This document shows positions 29,601-43,327 of a stretch of 64,000 bases of DNA, one piece after another. Where the stretch lies: contig JAHLTZ010000012.1 of NCBI GenBank assembly GCA_025786725.1, positions 496,001 through 560,000 of the forward strand, given 5' to 3'. Source of the DNA: Syncephalis fuscata S228. Lineage: Eukaryota; Fungi; Zoopagomycota. The first letter of the stretch is position 1. Each line of letters opens with the position of its first letter. A program made the position numbers and the translations under genes. The notes below the pieces were generated by a model. It was not told the origin of the DNA. It was given only the letters and a program-made list of their open reading frames with translations, and ran no database searches.

Positions 29601-32146
29601 TAGCACAAGTATAACAAGTCGAATTGATAGTTGATGGGCCGTATTAATGCGTTGTACTAATGCAGCAACCACTGTCGATTCAACAAGACGAGATGCACGC
29701 TGTGACGGTAGAATATCCATACCCGATGGTAATGGGCCTTGAATAACGCGTAGTAGCTGTTCAATAGCCTTGGGTAACTGATGACAGCCGCGAATAAGAC
29801 CGAATAAACGGTATTGGCAATGAGAAGATAGTCGTTCACGGGTCATCTCATAGATATCAAAGCCTGACATGTCAAGTGGTTCATTGGTAGCTGTAATGAG
29901 CATTACACGCAGTTCTTCTTCTACATAGCGTAGCATTTCATCGCCCATATCTTCTTGGAGTGACATGATAGCCTCGAGTAGACTTGTCACATCTTCTCGG
30001 CCAGTTTGTTCGATCATTGAAGGGAAATGCTCTTTAAATGTGTCTGCTGGCAGAAATGATAATGCGGCCAGATCGTATTGTTCATCGACATGATGCCATA
30101 GCAGTTCAAGTTCACTGCATCGACGTATAAAGGAAAGTGCTCGTTTACGTAGTGTACAGACCATACCTAAGGATGAATCAACAAATAGACCCATAGGTTG
30201 TCGCGTAGCTTCACGTAATTGTAAACAAATAGTTAAAAAGCGGTACCATTCCTTCTTTACTGTCTCGGAGAATTCATCGAGTAGTAAGGCACCGGTTGGC
30301 TCGTAGACTGGTAGTGTTAGACGACGAGATACGGCATTAGTTACACGCTCTACCAATAGTGCCTCATTGACTGGCTGATTATCTTTACGATCCAATGATG
30401 TACGATCTGCTGATCGGCTTTCATATCGGTCAAGTGCCTTTTCAATAATAGCATAGGAGAATCGATTTGGGAAGAAAATATGCTGTAAATATAGCTGAGA
30501 AACAGCTTCAGGCTGCGCTTCAACCATTGAATTAAGTTGATTTAGATCGAATAAATCAGGCAACTCAGTAGCTACTGAGAACCATCGGTCGCCGTATAGT
30601 CCACGATAAATAGACGATATTTTGGTATCAGTTTGTACACTTGTGATAAGTGTGGTTGAGTCGGTCATTTGCTGGTCATCCTTTTCGGTCATTTCGTATT
30701 CCACTTCATGTGTAGTGCTGGTTATTGTTGGTAGAGCAAGAAAGGTAAATCGAATATCAACTTGTTGTTGCTGTTGTTGCCACAATGTCCATAGTCGCAA
30801 TATATGGCTTGCTGTCTGGCTACTTGAATCCATAATATACTCACAAGCAATATCTAATAGACCAAATGTATCGCCACCGCCATTGGCTACTGAAAATGTC
30901 CAAGGCGATGGATGCGTGTAAACCTTACAGAGTTGATCCAAATGACCTGATTGATCCAGTTGGCCTCTTAGTACAGTGAATACTTGTTCATGATCATTAG
31001 GAACATAGGCCAGTAAATGGAATGTTGGTGAGTTAATAGCAGAAGCAAATGGCACATCATCCAATAGCCAGATACAGCGACGTGGTTGATCTGGTAATAA
31101 CGATGGCGTAGCTGTAGCGGCAATTCGATGATTTTCTAATTGATTTGGGTCATGTTGTAAAAGTGGTTTGGACCAAATGCATTTACGACGTGTCAATGAC
31201 CAGGCCCTTAAATAGCCATCTCGACATATACCAAAGATGAAGGTATCACGATCAAATGTATAAGTAGTCATACTAACTACTTGTTCAGGTGTTGAAGATG
31301 CCTCATAAACCGGCATGCCATCCATATTATCTGATGATGACACGCCTGATGTTCCTCGTTTAAAGGCATGTGATATCATACGTGCTGGTGCTACTAGCAT
31401 TTGTGCTAATAAAGATTCAGGATTAAATATTGTCTCCACCACTAGTTAAATACACAGATTAATTAATTAACTAAGCATTACTATTTAATTTACTTACCGC
31501 CCTGATTTGTAAATCCATTAGCATCAATTGAACGTGGTTTTAAACTTTTTGGTAATTCAATTGAAAATAGTGATCCGTCAGTACAGGCAACAACGATTGT
31601 ATTGGCATTAATACTCTTCATCATTACTGGTGCACATTCGCCGGTTAGCGATTGCATACGGTAGATACAGATATCCACTGCATCAAGAGATTGTATTTGA
31701 AATAGCTGTGGCTGGTGGAAACTTAATCGAACTACTGTGCCGGTTACTAGCAGTAATAGACAGTGTAAACGACGCGTTGTTATATCTTCAAACCAACTAA
31801 CACTAGGCAGAATAGCCGATGGAAATCGAAAACGAATTGGTGCTGTCGCTTGTGTCGTATCACCGCCTGATGGCAGTTCAGCGGCACTACGGTCATGGCC
31901 TAGCAATAATCGACTAACCTCAAGTACTTGGTTATTCTGGATGACACGCCATTCAACACAAGTGTCATGTTCAGCCTCCAATTTATAGAGTGAGCCAGCT
32001 AGCGGCGGCGCCGAACGGGTCTGATAAAGAAACGGCGGCTGTGGTTCATAGTCAAACACGGCTTGTTCTACAATAGTCCCGTCGTTAGGCCGATACGTTG
32101 TTGACGGCACCAGCGTCTCTTTAAACCATAGATCTTTTGTCGACAT
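26688..32146 (-). CDS. NUP160: Nucleoporin Nup160/Nup120, multi-exon
   Basis: Large beta-propeller plus helical protein with GICRDGYLRAWSL, YYRVLYAYHVHRGNFR, SYLAAMNALHLV and HWLPYSLLD. Confidence 0.88.
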
Positions 32147-32703
32147 CAATATAGGTGCTGTGTATAGAGTAGTAGTAGCAGTAGTAGCAGTAGTAGGTCA
32201 GGTTGATTGACTGTACAATCACGGCAACACTAGCAACAAGCTGTGCTATCAACAAACTATCGACTAATCGGTCAATAGGTAGGCTATTGTACGGATCGTG
32301 TCAATAACCAACAAACAAAAAGACCAAACGAATACCCACTTTAATAGTCAGTAAAACCAAAGCTGCTTTAAAACAATAATAACAATGATAACAACAACTT
32401 CATTAAAGCGCGCCCGATCTAAAACTTCAAAAATCAAAAACTGGATCATTTTCTCTCAATGTCTGTGACGGTGGTTCCTTTAGCGACCTTACTAGACACC
32501 AAGTGTTCAAACGCTATTCGGTCTATTTCCCTCATCTTTTTTTACGCAAAGCATTGTCTCGTTTACCAACCATTGTTGTTATTGTTGTTGTCTTATTGTT
32601 GTTGTTGTTGTTGCCGGCCCTATCGCTCCATTTACCTCTTAGTCTCTTACTGCCACCAAACACTTATCATTTCTAGTGACCACTTCTTTCTTCATTGTTT
32701 ACC

Positions 32704-33952
32704 ATGTCTATCATTTATGCTCTTGTAGCCCGTAGTGCTACTATTCTGGCCGAACACACTTCATCCAGCGGCAATTTTACTACTGGTACACATTTGCTGT
32801 CAATATTGACACTGCACACTATATAGATAGATTACTTATAGCTATTCTTTACTTTTGTAGTGACACAACATATTCTCGAAAAGATTCCCGATGAGGATTC
32901 TAAGCTAACTTACGTCTATGATCGGTAAGATTCTTGGCAAAACCAACGAGTATATATATAGTCATAATAACTGTTTGTTGTTGCCACTAGTTATTTGTTC
33001 CATCATATTAGTCAGGATGGCATTGTATATATGTGTATGGCCGACGATGCCTTTGGTAAGCCTATACAAGCATATAAGGGGCGAGTAACAGACTGATACC
33101 GCTATAATGGTAACATAGGCCGCCGTATTCCATTCGCCTTTCTCGAAGACTTGAAAACAAGATTTACCGCCCTGTATAATACTAAACAGATAGATTCGGC
33201 TATTGCCTATGGCATGAATGAATTCTCTAAAACTATTGCTGAGAGAATGGTAAGTCTTGTCCCATTGATAGAATCTAAGATCATCTTGGATCAGATGACT
33301 CGAGGCTTGGAGTGATACTAATAAATGATACGTGTGTGTGTATTAATTAGGACTTTTATTCCAATAGCCCGAATGCCGATCAATTCCGTCAATTGCAAGG
33401 TAACATCAATCAAGTCAAGGATGTAATGGTGCAGAATATTGGTAGGCTATTTGTATATCTATATAGTATAGTCTAACAGGTCATTTAAATAGAACGTGTA
33501 TTGGAACGAGGAGAGCGAATTGATTTGCTGGTCGATCGTACAGATCAACTCAATCAAGCAGCCTTTACATTCCGTAAAAGAAGTACTGCATTAAAGGTAA
33601 ATAGGATTAATAAAATATTAGTTAATATTAATTAATATTTAATTTATTTAATTAATTGAACAGAGGGCCATGTGGTGGAAGAATGCAAAATTAATGATGA
33701 TGCTTGCATTAGTTATTATTGTAAGTGTTGAGTATATAAATTACTAATGATGGTCACTAAGTTATTAATATTATTAATATTGCTATTTATTGCTATGCCT
33801 AGTTTTGCATTTATTTCATAGTGAGTGCGGCATGTGGATTTCCAGGTAATTAACACTAAGTTATGACAATGCATAGCTATACTATGCATGTCCTATAGAA
33901 TACACGATATTAACCATTTTATAACATTCTAGGCTGGCAAGAATGCGTTTAA
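32704..33952 (+). CDS. VAMP7: VAMP7-type longin R-SNARE, multi-exon
   Basis: MSIIYALVARSATILAEH, GRRIPFAFLEDLK, VKDVMVQNI-ERVLERGERIDLLVDRT, and AMWWKNAK followed by a TM helix. Confidence 0.94.
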
Positions 33953-34388
33953 GTAGCTCATAATGCGAACAATTATAATGACGATTACTTTCTCTTTATT
34001 TTAATTGTTATTACTTTGATTGTGGCTATTATGGCCGATTATCGATAATACTAGTGTTATTTTTATACCAATAATCTATAATATGTTACATCATTTGTAT
34101 ATGTTTACATGTTTTGGATATACATATATATATATGTGTGTGTGTGTGTGTTTAAATGATAATACACGTTTGTTTAGTGTAAATAGTCGTATTATGTAAA
34201 AATGAATTGCGCTTCATTGGCGCAAGTATAAAAGCAAAATACATCGTGACGACGAATTGCAATCAAACAGCAGTTAATACATAGAATAACGATAACAATA
34301 TATTATCAATTATTCCTATACTATTGCACTAATAGTGATCACAAATCAAAATGAAATGATGTGGTACTGTTGTTATAAGGATGGGAGT

Positions 34389-34390
<2 letters not shown>

Positions 34391-34420
<30 letters not shown>
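34391..34420. repeat. (GT)15 microsatellite
   Basis: Read directly from the sequence. Confidence 0.9.
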
Positions 34421-34422
<2 letters not shown>

Positions 34423-34506
34423 ATAGTAACTAAGTGAAGGGGGAGAGGCAGATGATTAAAAAGATGGATGTGTAGGAGTGAATATTATAGTACTAGAACT
34501 AGTAAA

Positions 34507-35917
34507 TTAAGAAGCAGTCACCACATTATCTGACAAGTTCACTAGTAGTTGGGCCAAGCATCGCTTTGTTGGTCCATCGTCTTTAAGTGCTTCCGAGAAA
34601 CTGGCATCTCTCAATGCCTCAGGTAGACATTGGCGTAGTGCTTCACGGGCCCGTGGATTATCGGATAGTCGTAAATAGCAGCGTATTATATGTTTTAGCA
34701 AACGGACAGCCTGTGTCTCCACAATAGCCATGACCATGTTGTTTAATACAGTAGTGACTGCATAGAAACGTTCGTACGTTTGACAGATGTAGGAAAGGCC
34801 AACATCGTCCATAAGAATCTTTTGAATAATAAAAATAGCCACTGTTTTAGACAACTCGCTGCCTGTCTCCATAATTCTTAAGCAAAGCGGAATAATCTCC
34901 GTTGAAAGCAAGAATTGGATCACTTCAGGATTATCGTTCTAGTAGATAATATAGCCGTTAATATTAACTAGACTATTCACATAGATAGTCTACCTTAACC
35001 AAAGCACCAATGACCCCTAGACTTGTTAATCTTAAATATTCAAATGGTTTAGGCTTGTAGGTAGAGTTGAGGAATGGATAGAGATACAACGGAATATGTG
35101 CTATGGCAGTTGGTAAGTATAGTTCTATACAATACTAATTAACGGATGTCTACCATTTAATAAAAGGCTACGGGTTTCATTGTGACTGGCTACACACTGC
35201 AGTAAAGCAAGTGCATTGCAGACACGATTGGATACGACGGTAGTGAAAGCATCTGGAGTAAGGACGGGATAAACGCTGGTAATTTCTTGTAGTAAAATGG
35301 CCATAACACCTAGTAGCATAGATGATAAGTAATAGTATAGAGATATTATGGAAACGTATTAGTATATAGTTACCATAAGCATGCCAGAGAATCAGGGCAA
35401 GATCGTCAAACTGTTCTCGCTTCTTTGAGAGTTCCAATAAGGCTTGTTCTCGTAGTGCAGGATTGGCCAAGTCCAGAATTAGTTGGTAGATCTTTTCTTC
35501 GTCAGCTTGGGGAATGCGTACTTGATAAAGTCCGCCAAATCCATAGGCACCTGCATTGGCAGTGTTATTAGTATTGGCAGTAGCAGCAGTAGCAGCAGTA
35601 GCAGTAGCAGCGATATTGTTATTGTTGCCATTGTTGCTAGCTGCTGTAGCCGAGGTGCCAGCATTATTCATAGGACCAATATTAGTAGAACCCAAACTAC
35701 TGGCATAGCTGAATGCATCAGTGCCTGTACCTCCTACACTAGGCTGTTGCTGTTGCTGCTGCTGCTGTTGTAGGCCGCGATAGTTAAGCGAATGGGCAGC
35801 GGTACCGCCAGGCAAATTGGCATTATTATTGCCACTGCCCGATAAAAGCGGATTAGATTGCAGCTGCAGAAACTGCTGTAGCTGGGAATTAGCCTGATGC
35901 AAGGAATGCATATTCAT
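34507..35917 (-). CDS. RCD1: CCR4-NOT subunit Rcd1/Caf40 (CNOT9) with a low-complexity Q/N/A-rich N-terminus
   Basis: [48 protein letters not shown] and [27 protein letters not shown]. Confidence 0.97.
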
Positions 35918-36701
35918 AGTCAAGGAGAAGTGTAGATCTAAGAGTGGTATCAAACACGGCCAAGGCTGTGAATGCAAGCGTAGACAATAGAGAAAGGACC
36001 GTTGAAAGTAGGGCGGCTGAATTAGCCAATCGGGCCGTCAATATATTTGATGACCGATCGCTGTAAGAAGATAGCCAAATACGATGCCCAACGGAATGCT
36101 AAGCCACTGATCGTATGACAGGAGAGGAGACGGGGAAAGACAGATAGTTGAAAACAAAAGGTATAGAAACACGCTTACTAAGTTAAGTAGTTAAAGTAGA
36201 CGAGAAGCAAGAGGAATAGTGCTATATTATGTAGTTGTGTGGACATGCAATATAGACATGTGAACAGAGCAACCACTACTGATAACTATTTGTAACAGTG
36301 GCCACTGTTTAACAGTCAGTGTTATTGTAACAACAGCACCTTTTCTACAAATCTATAGCAACTAGTAAAATATTTACAAGTTGTATATTCATTATTAATA
36401 AATATAAAAATAGACTAAAACACTACAAATAATCATCACTGGTATTTTCATCATATAGCTATGCATATGACGGTTTAGCATGAACTAATTATGACATTTT
36501 TCTTTACATAATACCAGTGTTGCTTATAGATATGACACAGAGCTTGATACAATAATATGCATGTCTTATACATGTTTAAAACCAATGTCTCAAGCTATCT
36601 ATATAAATAAGTGTTTATATACAGTTACAGTTCATTACACTTATTGATCTTATTTTTATTGTAACTTTAAACGAACCAACAACAACAAACAACCAACCAA
36701 T

Positions 36702-37174
36702 ATGGCACTCTGGGCACGCGGTATGGGTCGGGATCCAATGGACTCGATGGACACAGCACTTGGCCGGGCTTTCCACGACTTTTGGACCAACCCAAGCAGT
36801 ATGATGCGTCGTGGCGCAGGCGATATGATGGGTGGCGACTCTGAAATGCGTAGCTGGTGTCCGGCCATCGATGTTTGCGACGAGCCTAACCGAATGGTGG
36901 TGCACGCCGAACTACCCGGTGTTAAGAAGCAGGATATTAAACTCGAGCTTCACGATGATAATATCCAAATCTGTGGTGAAACAAAATACCAGGCCGAATA
37001 CAATCGTGAAATATGCAGTGCTCGGAACGACGCTACGGCAAATTCACTCGAACCATTCCATTGCCCAAGAACGTGGATGGCAACCATGCGAAGGCCAAAT
37101 TCGAGGATGGCATTCTATGCCTCGAAATGCCTAAAAAGACGGAAGAGCATCCAAAAAAGATTGCCATCTCGTAA
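36702..37174 (+). CDS. Small heat shock protein (HSP20/alpha-crystallin), intronless, with an apparent frameshift at ~37009
   Basis: WCPAIDV and VVHAELPGVKKQDI, then in the shifted frame SERRYGKFTRTIPLP, AKFEDGILCLEMPK and the IxI motif KIAIS. TATAAATA lies at 36602. Confidence 0.92.
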
Positions 37175-37442
37175 TCATCTGATTTGATGCATTAGCAGTG
37201 TGTGCAAGCGTACATTATTGCCGATGGCTTGATGTTTGTAAATAAACGCGCACACGTGTAATAATTGATAATTGTAATTGTGTAATAACAAATATTTAAA
37301 TGAAAATTTTAATTGAATTAATGTTATCACGTTTACTCCTCACCGATTCTTTCTTGCAATATTATTTTTGGGTCACCATTTCTCTGTCTATCATAGCCTG
37401 TTGTACTATTGACGCACTGCAAGCTATTGCTACTAGGTGGTC

Positions 37443-39347
37443 ATGAACGATAAATACGAGCTACTTGAGCCTATTGGGCAGGGCTCATTTGGTGTGATTC
37501 GTAAGATTCGTCGCAAATCAGATAACAAGGTAAGCTAGAGCTTGTATATTGAATAGCCGACATACTATGTATAACACTATGCTTTCAGCTATTTGTACGC
37601 AAAGAAATCAATTATGGCCGCATGTCAGACAAAGAGCGACGACAAATGGTCAACGAAGTCAACATTCTTAATAAGCTTCGACACCCCAATATTGTACGGT
37701 ATCATGAACGTCAAATAGATCAGGACCTGCGCTGCATTTACATTGTTATGGAATACTGTTCAGGCGGTGATCTAGCAGCAGTTATAAAGTACTACAAGGG
37801 CAGAAAGTAACTAAGTAGATATAATAGTAATGACGCTATGTTAACAGTAGTGTAATAGCATGCAAATACCCGAAGAGACCATTTGGCAAGTATTGGCTCA
37901 AATACTATTTGCTCTTCATGAATGTCACCAAGGAAGAGTAATTAAGAATCAGACAGATGGATCAGAATCTCGTGTTATTATTCTACATCGAGATCTTAAG
38001 CCAGATAACAGTATGTTGTAATTAATCATATATAAATGAGTATCTAATTAGTATGTATTTATTTATAGTTTTCTTGGATGAACAGCACAACGTAAAATTG
38101 GGTGATTTTGGACTTTCTCGTGCTATGGAAGCAGCATCTGAAAAGTTTGCACAAACATTTCTTGGTGTAAGTTTAGTGGATGACATTAAATTATTTGCTA
38201 ATAATTTGGATGTAAACTATAGACTCCATATTACATGTCACCGGTAAATAGCAGTATAAATTACACGCATATTTACTAACACTACCCAGGAAATTGTTTC
38301 AGGATCTGTTTATGACGCAAAAACAGATATATGGTCACTAGGCTGTATTATTTATGAGATGTGTGCTTTACAGTGAGTATTGGAATTAATTATCAATTGT
38401 ATTATGGTTGACGGGACTAGTCCTCCATTTCCAGCTACTAATCTACAAGAGCTTAATCAAAAGATCCGATCTGGCATTGTTTCAAAACTTGCCAACATTT
38501 ATTCGCGTGAACTAAATGATTTTATTATGGCAATGCTTAAAGTAAATGTACGTATAGACGATTTAACACAAAAGGCGGCTTATTAATTGCTTATAATCGA
38601 TACCAGCCTGAGTTGCGGCCTGCTACATCTGACTGTTTGGAACATCCACGACTTCGCTGTTTTGTACGGGAAGCTGAGGTGCAACGCTTGTAAGTAGCAG
38701 TTAATACATCATGGTTATAATAAAACAATCGACTTTTCATATTAATATTTATAAAAATAAATAGGCAAGAGAAACTAAAAGCACAAGAAAATGAATTAAA
38801 TATACGTGAAATGTCTCTTAAATCAAGAGAAGAGGCAGTGACAGCGCGTGAAGAGCAATTGAATGCGCTGAAAGCCGAACTTCAATCGCGTCGAGAAGAA
38901 CTTGAATTACGTAAAGAGGTCAATGCACGACAAGAAGAGGCACTGCGTCGACAGGCGGAACAACTTGTGCAACGAGAACGAAAGATTTGTAAGTGTCTAA
39001 ATTATATAGATAAATAGATAGATAAATAACCATTTACTTATGTTTCAACCTTTTTATTAGATACAAATGTTGGCTCGAGACGAGCCGATGCGCCATACAG
39101 CAAGGCCATGCGCCCAACAAAGCGCGGGTAAGTAAAGTGTTTTACCAATATATAAAATTAAATACTTTTTAGAACACTAATACCGGAAGCAAAAGATTTG
39201 GCAGCAAGCGAGGAAATCATACGGCCAGTACACAATCGTCCCCATCCTAACCGTTCCTTGCCTACACTATTGCCTACAACAGCCGACTTGTATTCTGAAG
39301 ACGATTATCCATCTCCATTTATTCAAAGAACAAAGAAATATTGTTAA
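37443..39347 (+). CDS. NIMA/NEK2-family Ser/Thr kinase with a C-terminal coiled coil, multi-exon
   Basis: IGQGSFGVIRK, EVNILNKLRHPNIVRY, MEYCSGGDL, ILHRDLKPDN, VKLGDFGLSR, TPYYMSPE and DIWSLGC. Confidence 0.94.
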
Positions 39348-39688
39348 TTTGAATTGCTAGATTATCTAATAATAATAATAATAACTTATGTATTTTCCGC
39401 TTTAACACACACAATTATTAAAGATAGTAGTAAATACAATCTTTTTTTAATTCAAGTTAATATAAAATATAGCATCAGTTTTGGTAACTACTAATCCATT
39501 CTTATAATAGATGTGAATTATAAATAACAAAAGAATCACTAATGTGTTATAGATTTAATTAATATGATTATAATTAAACAGGTACAATGACCATAAATGT
39601 TAATGATTTACAAACAATGGCCAAATTAATGTGTATCCTTATTTAGTTCTTCCTTATCTCTGTTACTGCATCTATCGTTACTAAACAT

Positions 39689-42585
39689 ATGAATTTGTCA
39701 AAGAAAACATTTCTCAATACTGCTGCATCCAGTTATGGCTACAGCAATACTATTGACCACATAAGAGAAAGGGAATTTGCACGGTTAAAAGGTACTAATT
39801 ACAAAAGTAACCAATGTGCTGACTAACCGTTAATAATATATATGTCATTTAAAGATACGGTTTATTTGGACCATACAGGCACAACATTATATCCAGCATC
39901 AACTATTAACGCATTTTCTGAAAACTTAACTAATCATATCTATGGCAATCCACATTCTCGACATCCTAGCTCTGAGCTAACAGCTCGTATAGTCGACCAA
40001 ACTCGTTTAAGGGTGTTATCGATGTGTAAAGCCGACCCAAGCCAGTATAGTGTTATTTTCACGACCAATGCCACGGCTGCACTTAAGCTATGCTGGGAGA
40101 TGTGTCCACTTGAGGCAGAGGATCATAGTGAATTTTACTATCTTTGCGAAAGTCATACATCTGTAGTGGGACTGCGTGCACTGTCTGAACTAATGAAGAT
40201 TAAGGCTCAATCGATTGAAGCATCAAGTGTAGAGTCGCTTTTGTCATCTGAACCATCAATTTGTGCAAATGATGCTGAAAACTCAAAAGAAAGTTATTCG
40301 CTATTTGTTTATCCGGCACAGTGTAACTATTCTGGTGAGCGATTTCCCTGGAAATGGTCAGCACTTGCCCGCAACTATAATAAACAACAACAATGTCGAC
40401 ATCGCCGACAATGGCTTGTAGCTGTTGATGCATCAGCCTATGCATCGACTTCACCTATAAATCTAAGTGACGCTAATACAGCACCAGATTTTATCATTCT
40501 TTCATTCTATAAAATATTTGGATTTCCTACTGGATTAGGTGCGTTGATTGTAAGGAAATCATTAATGCCTCTATTGAGAAAATCATATTTTGGCGGTGGC
40601 ACTGGTTAGTAGTTAATTAATTGGCCAATAATGATGCTTAAATACTAATAAATACAATAGCTTCGGCAGTTACTGTCGACACTCCATGGCAAGTGTTTCG
40701 TGATACGCTACATACACGCTACGAAGACGGCACAGTGAATTTTTTGGATATTATTGGATTGGGTATTGCTATGGATAAACACAAAGAGCTATACACGTCA
40801 ATGCAGGCTGTATCTGAGCACACCCATGCGCTATTTGTTTGGCTATACAAACAAATGCAACAGCTGGTACATGCTAACGGTCAGCCAGTGTGTCAGCTTT
40901 ACGTTGAACCAGACAATGCATGTAATCCGAAACAACAAGGACCAGTACTTACTTTTAATTTAATAAGAAGTGATGGTTCACCAGTTGGCTATGCTGAAGT
41001 TGAGCGTATTGCCTCGGTAAGCCGTATTCATTTGCGGACTGGAGGGTTTTGCAATCCAGGTGCAGCTCAGAAATGGCTTCGGCTAACTGACACAGATATC
41101 CGTAGTCATTTGAAGGTAGATCAGAATGGATATACGATTGAATTAAATGTAGGTAATTAATTAATAAATAATATATAGGCCGGGCATGTTTGTTGGGATG
41201 ATCAAGATATCATCGATGGACAGCTGACAGGTGCCATACGTTTATCGCTGGGTGCCATGAGTAACTATGAGGATATGGCAGCCTGGATAGAGTTTTTAGA
41301 GAAATACTACGTTGAAGATACTAACACATTAACGCGACCGCCTTTTTTTACGACATTTATCCCAAAGTCACATGGACCCACTGATATTACAGCTTCAACG
41401 CCGGCTTATTTAAGCCATTTAACAATATGTAAAGGCATGTTGATAAATAGCATTTAGTTTCTAATCCTGCTTATAGTTCCGATCAAATCATGTCAAGGCT
41501 ATTCCATTCCATCCGGCATAGATTGGCCGGTCACAGAAGAAGGTATTTTTACGATCGTGAATGGATGCTAGTCAGTAAGGAAACACAAAGGGCGCTAACT
41601 CAAAAACAGTAAGCAACAACCAATTGAATAGCACTATAGCTTAACAATAACAATGCAAGATATCCAAAAATGACAACGATTCAACCAAGAATATCACAGG
41701 ATCTACAAGAATTGGTTATTTCTGCGCCAGGTAGTTGCCAATTAATCATTTATTTGTATTGTAATTAACTAGTTAAAGATATGGACGAGCTACGCCTATC
41801 ATTAAACGAATTGAAAAAATCGTCAGAACTAACGACAGTGCGCGTATGTGGTGAAAAGTAAGCTTACTAGCATAGAATATACCATAGGGTAGGCACTTAC
41901 TATCTTGTGTATTAATAGTGTATCGGCTTGCTCGTTTAATGATCGAGTTGATTTATGGTTTTCAACGGTATTAGGATTGCCGTGTCAACTAGCCGGGAAA
42001 GTAACCACCAGATCTTGTCAATTGCCGACAGTAGCCAATGAAAAAACCAAAACGAAAATGGGCCTTACCAATGAATCTCCTTTCTTGCTAGTATCTCAAT
42101 CAAGTGTAAATTATATCATGGATCAAATAGCGTCGTCAATAGATGGGCCTTCACCTTTCGAAAATGAAAACGACTACGAAAAAGCAAGTCGATTCCGAGG
42201 TAACTTTTTAATTGAAGGATCACCGGTATTTGCTGAAGATCATTGGCATCAAATTAAAATTGGATCACTAGTATTTGAGGTAACGTTGTTAATTTTAACA
42301 AAATTATTATTTATCGATAAGATGTGGGAAATAGATTATTGGCCCATGTCGGCGATGCCATATGGTATGCATTGAACAAAAAACTGCTCGAAAAAGCTCA
42401 GAGCCTTATGCAACTTTAGCCGAATATCGTCGATTACAAGTAGCTTGCTTATTGAGTCATGTACATGTTTTAATGCAATATTATTATAGGGAAAAATTTT
42501 GTTTGGTCAACATCTTCGCTGCATCTCTAATTTGTCACCAACAAGCTGTTTACGGCTAGGCGATAAAATAGCCATACTATCTTAA
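39689..42585 (+). CDS. MOCOS: Molybdenum cofactor sulfurase (class V aminotransferase + MOSC domains), with an apparent frameshift at ~41546
   Basis: YLDHTGTTLY, IYGNPHS, SFYKIFGFPTGLGAL, RTGGFCNPG, YDREWMLV, NESPFLL, RFRGNFLI and GPCRRC. Confidence 0.94.
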
Positions 42586-43327
42586 TAACATTAATTGTTT
42601 AAGACAATGAAAATCTGTTGTGTTTTTAATATTTCAATATTTACTAAAGAAATAAATTTATTTTAATAATAAATATAAATAATAAAATTGAATACAATGC
42701 AAATGATCAAATAACCTGTTAATACTACAGATAATTTTGTTGTTATTATATTTATATTTTGTGTTTATATTTGAGTAACTATTACTGTAATTTAACTTTC
42801 TACGATAAACAATATATAATTTATATAATATATTTCTGACTAATATGAATTTTATGATGTGGTTTTTATTTAACATGACAATTTGTACCTGTTAATCACT
42901 AGACATGTACATATCATTAAAATGTTACTAACATGTATTGCTACATTAAATTAATATACCTTGTATCTAATACAGCATATCCACACAAGACTGATGTTAT
43001 GTAATTGTTTGTTATTTTTTAAATCACTAAATGCAAATCAAATGTAATTATGCACATAACATATTAATCGAATATAATTAACGAAATCATATGTTTATTA
43101 CTGGATTTTTGCATGGCTGAATAAACACAGCTAAATGCAAAATTGCCGATAATATAATAATGTCATTAATTAAGAGTTGAATAGACTGGAGCATTGGTTG
43201 GGACTCGATATGTGAATGAACTGGACTGCAGCTGACAAATGATCTTGTTTTTGCTGGATATATACCTAAAGTGTATTGGACTGCCATTCTAGTAACACTG
43301 ACAATGCTAATGCCTTTAAAGCATCGG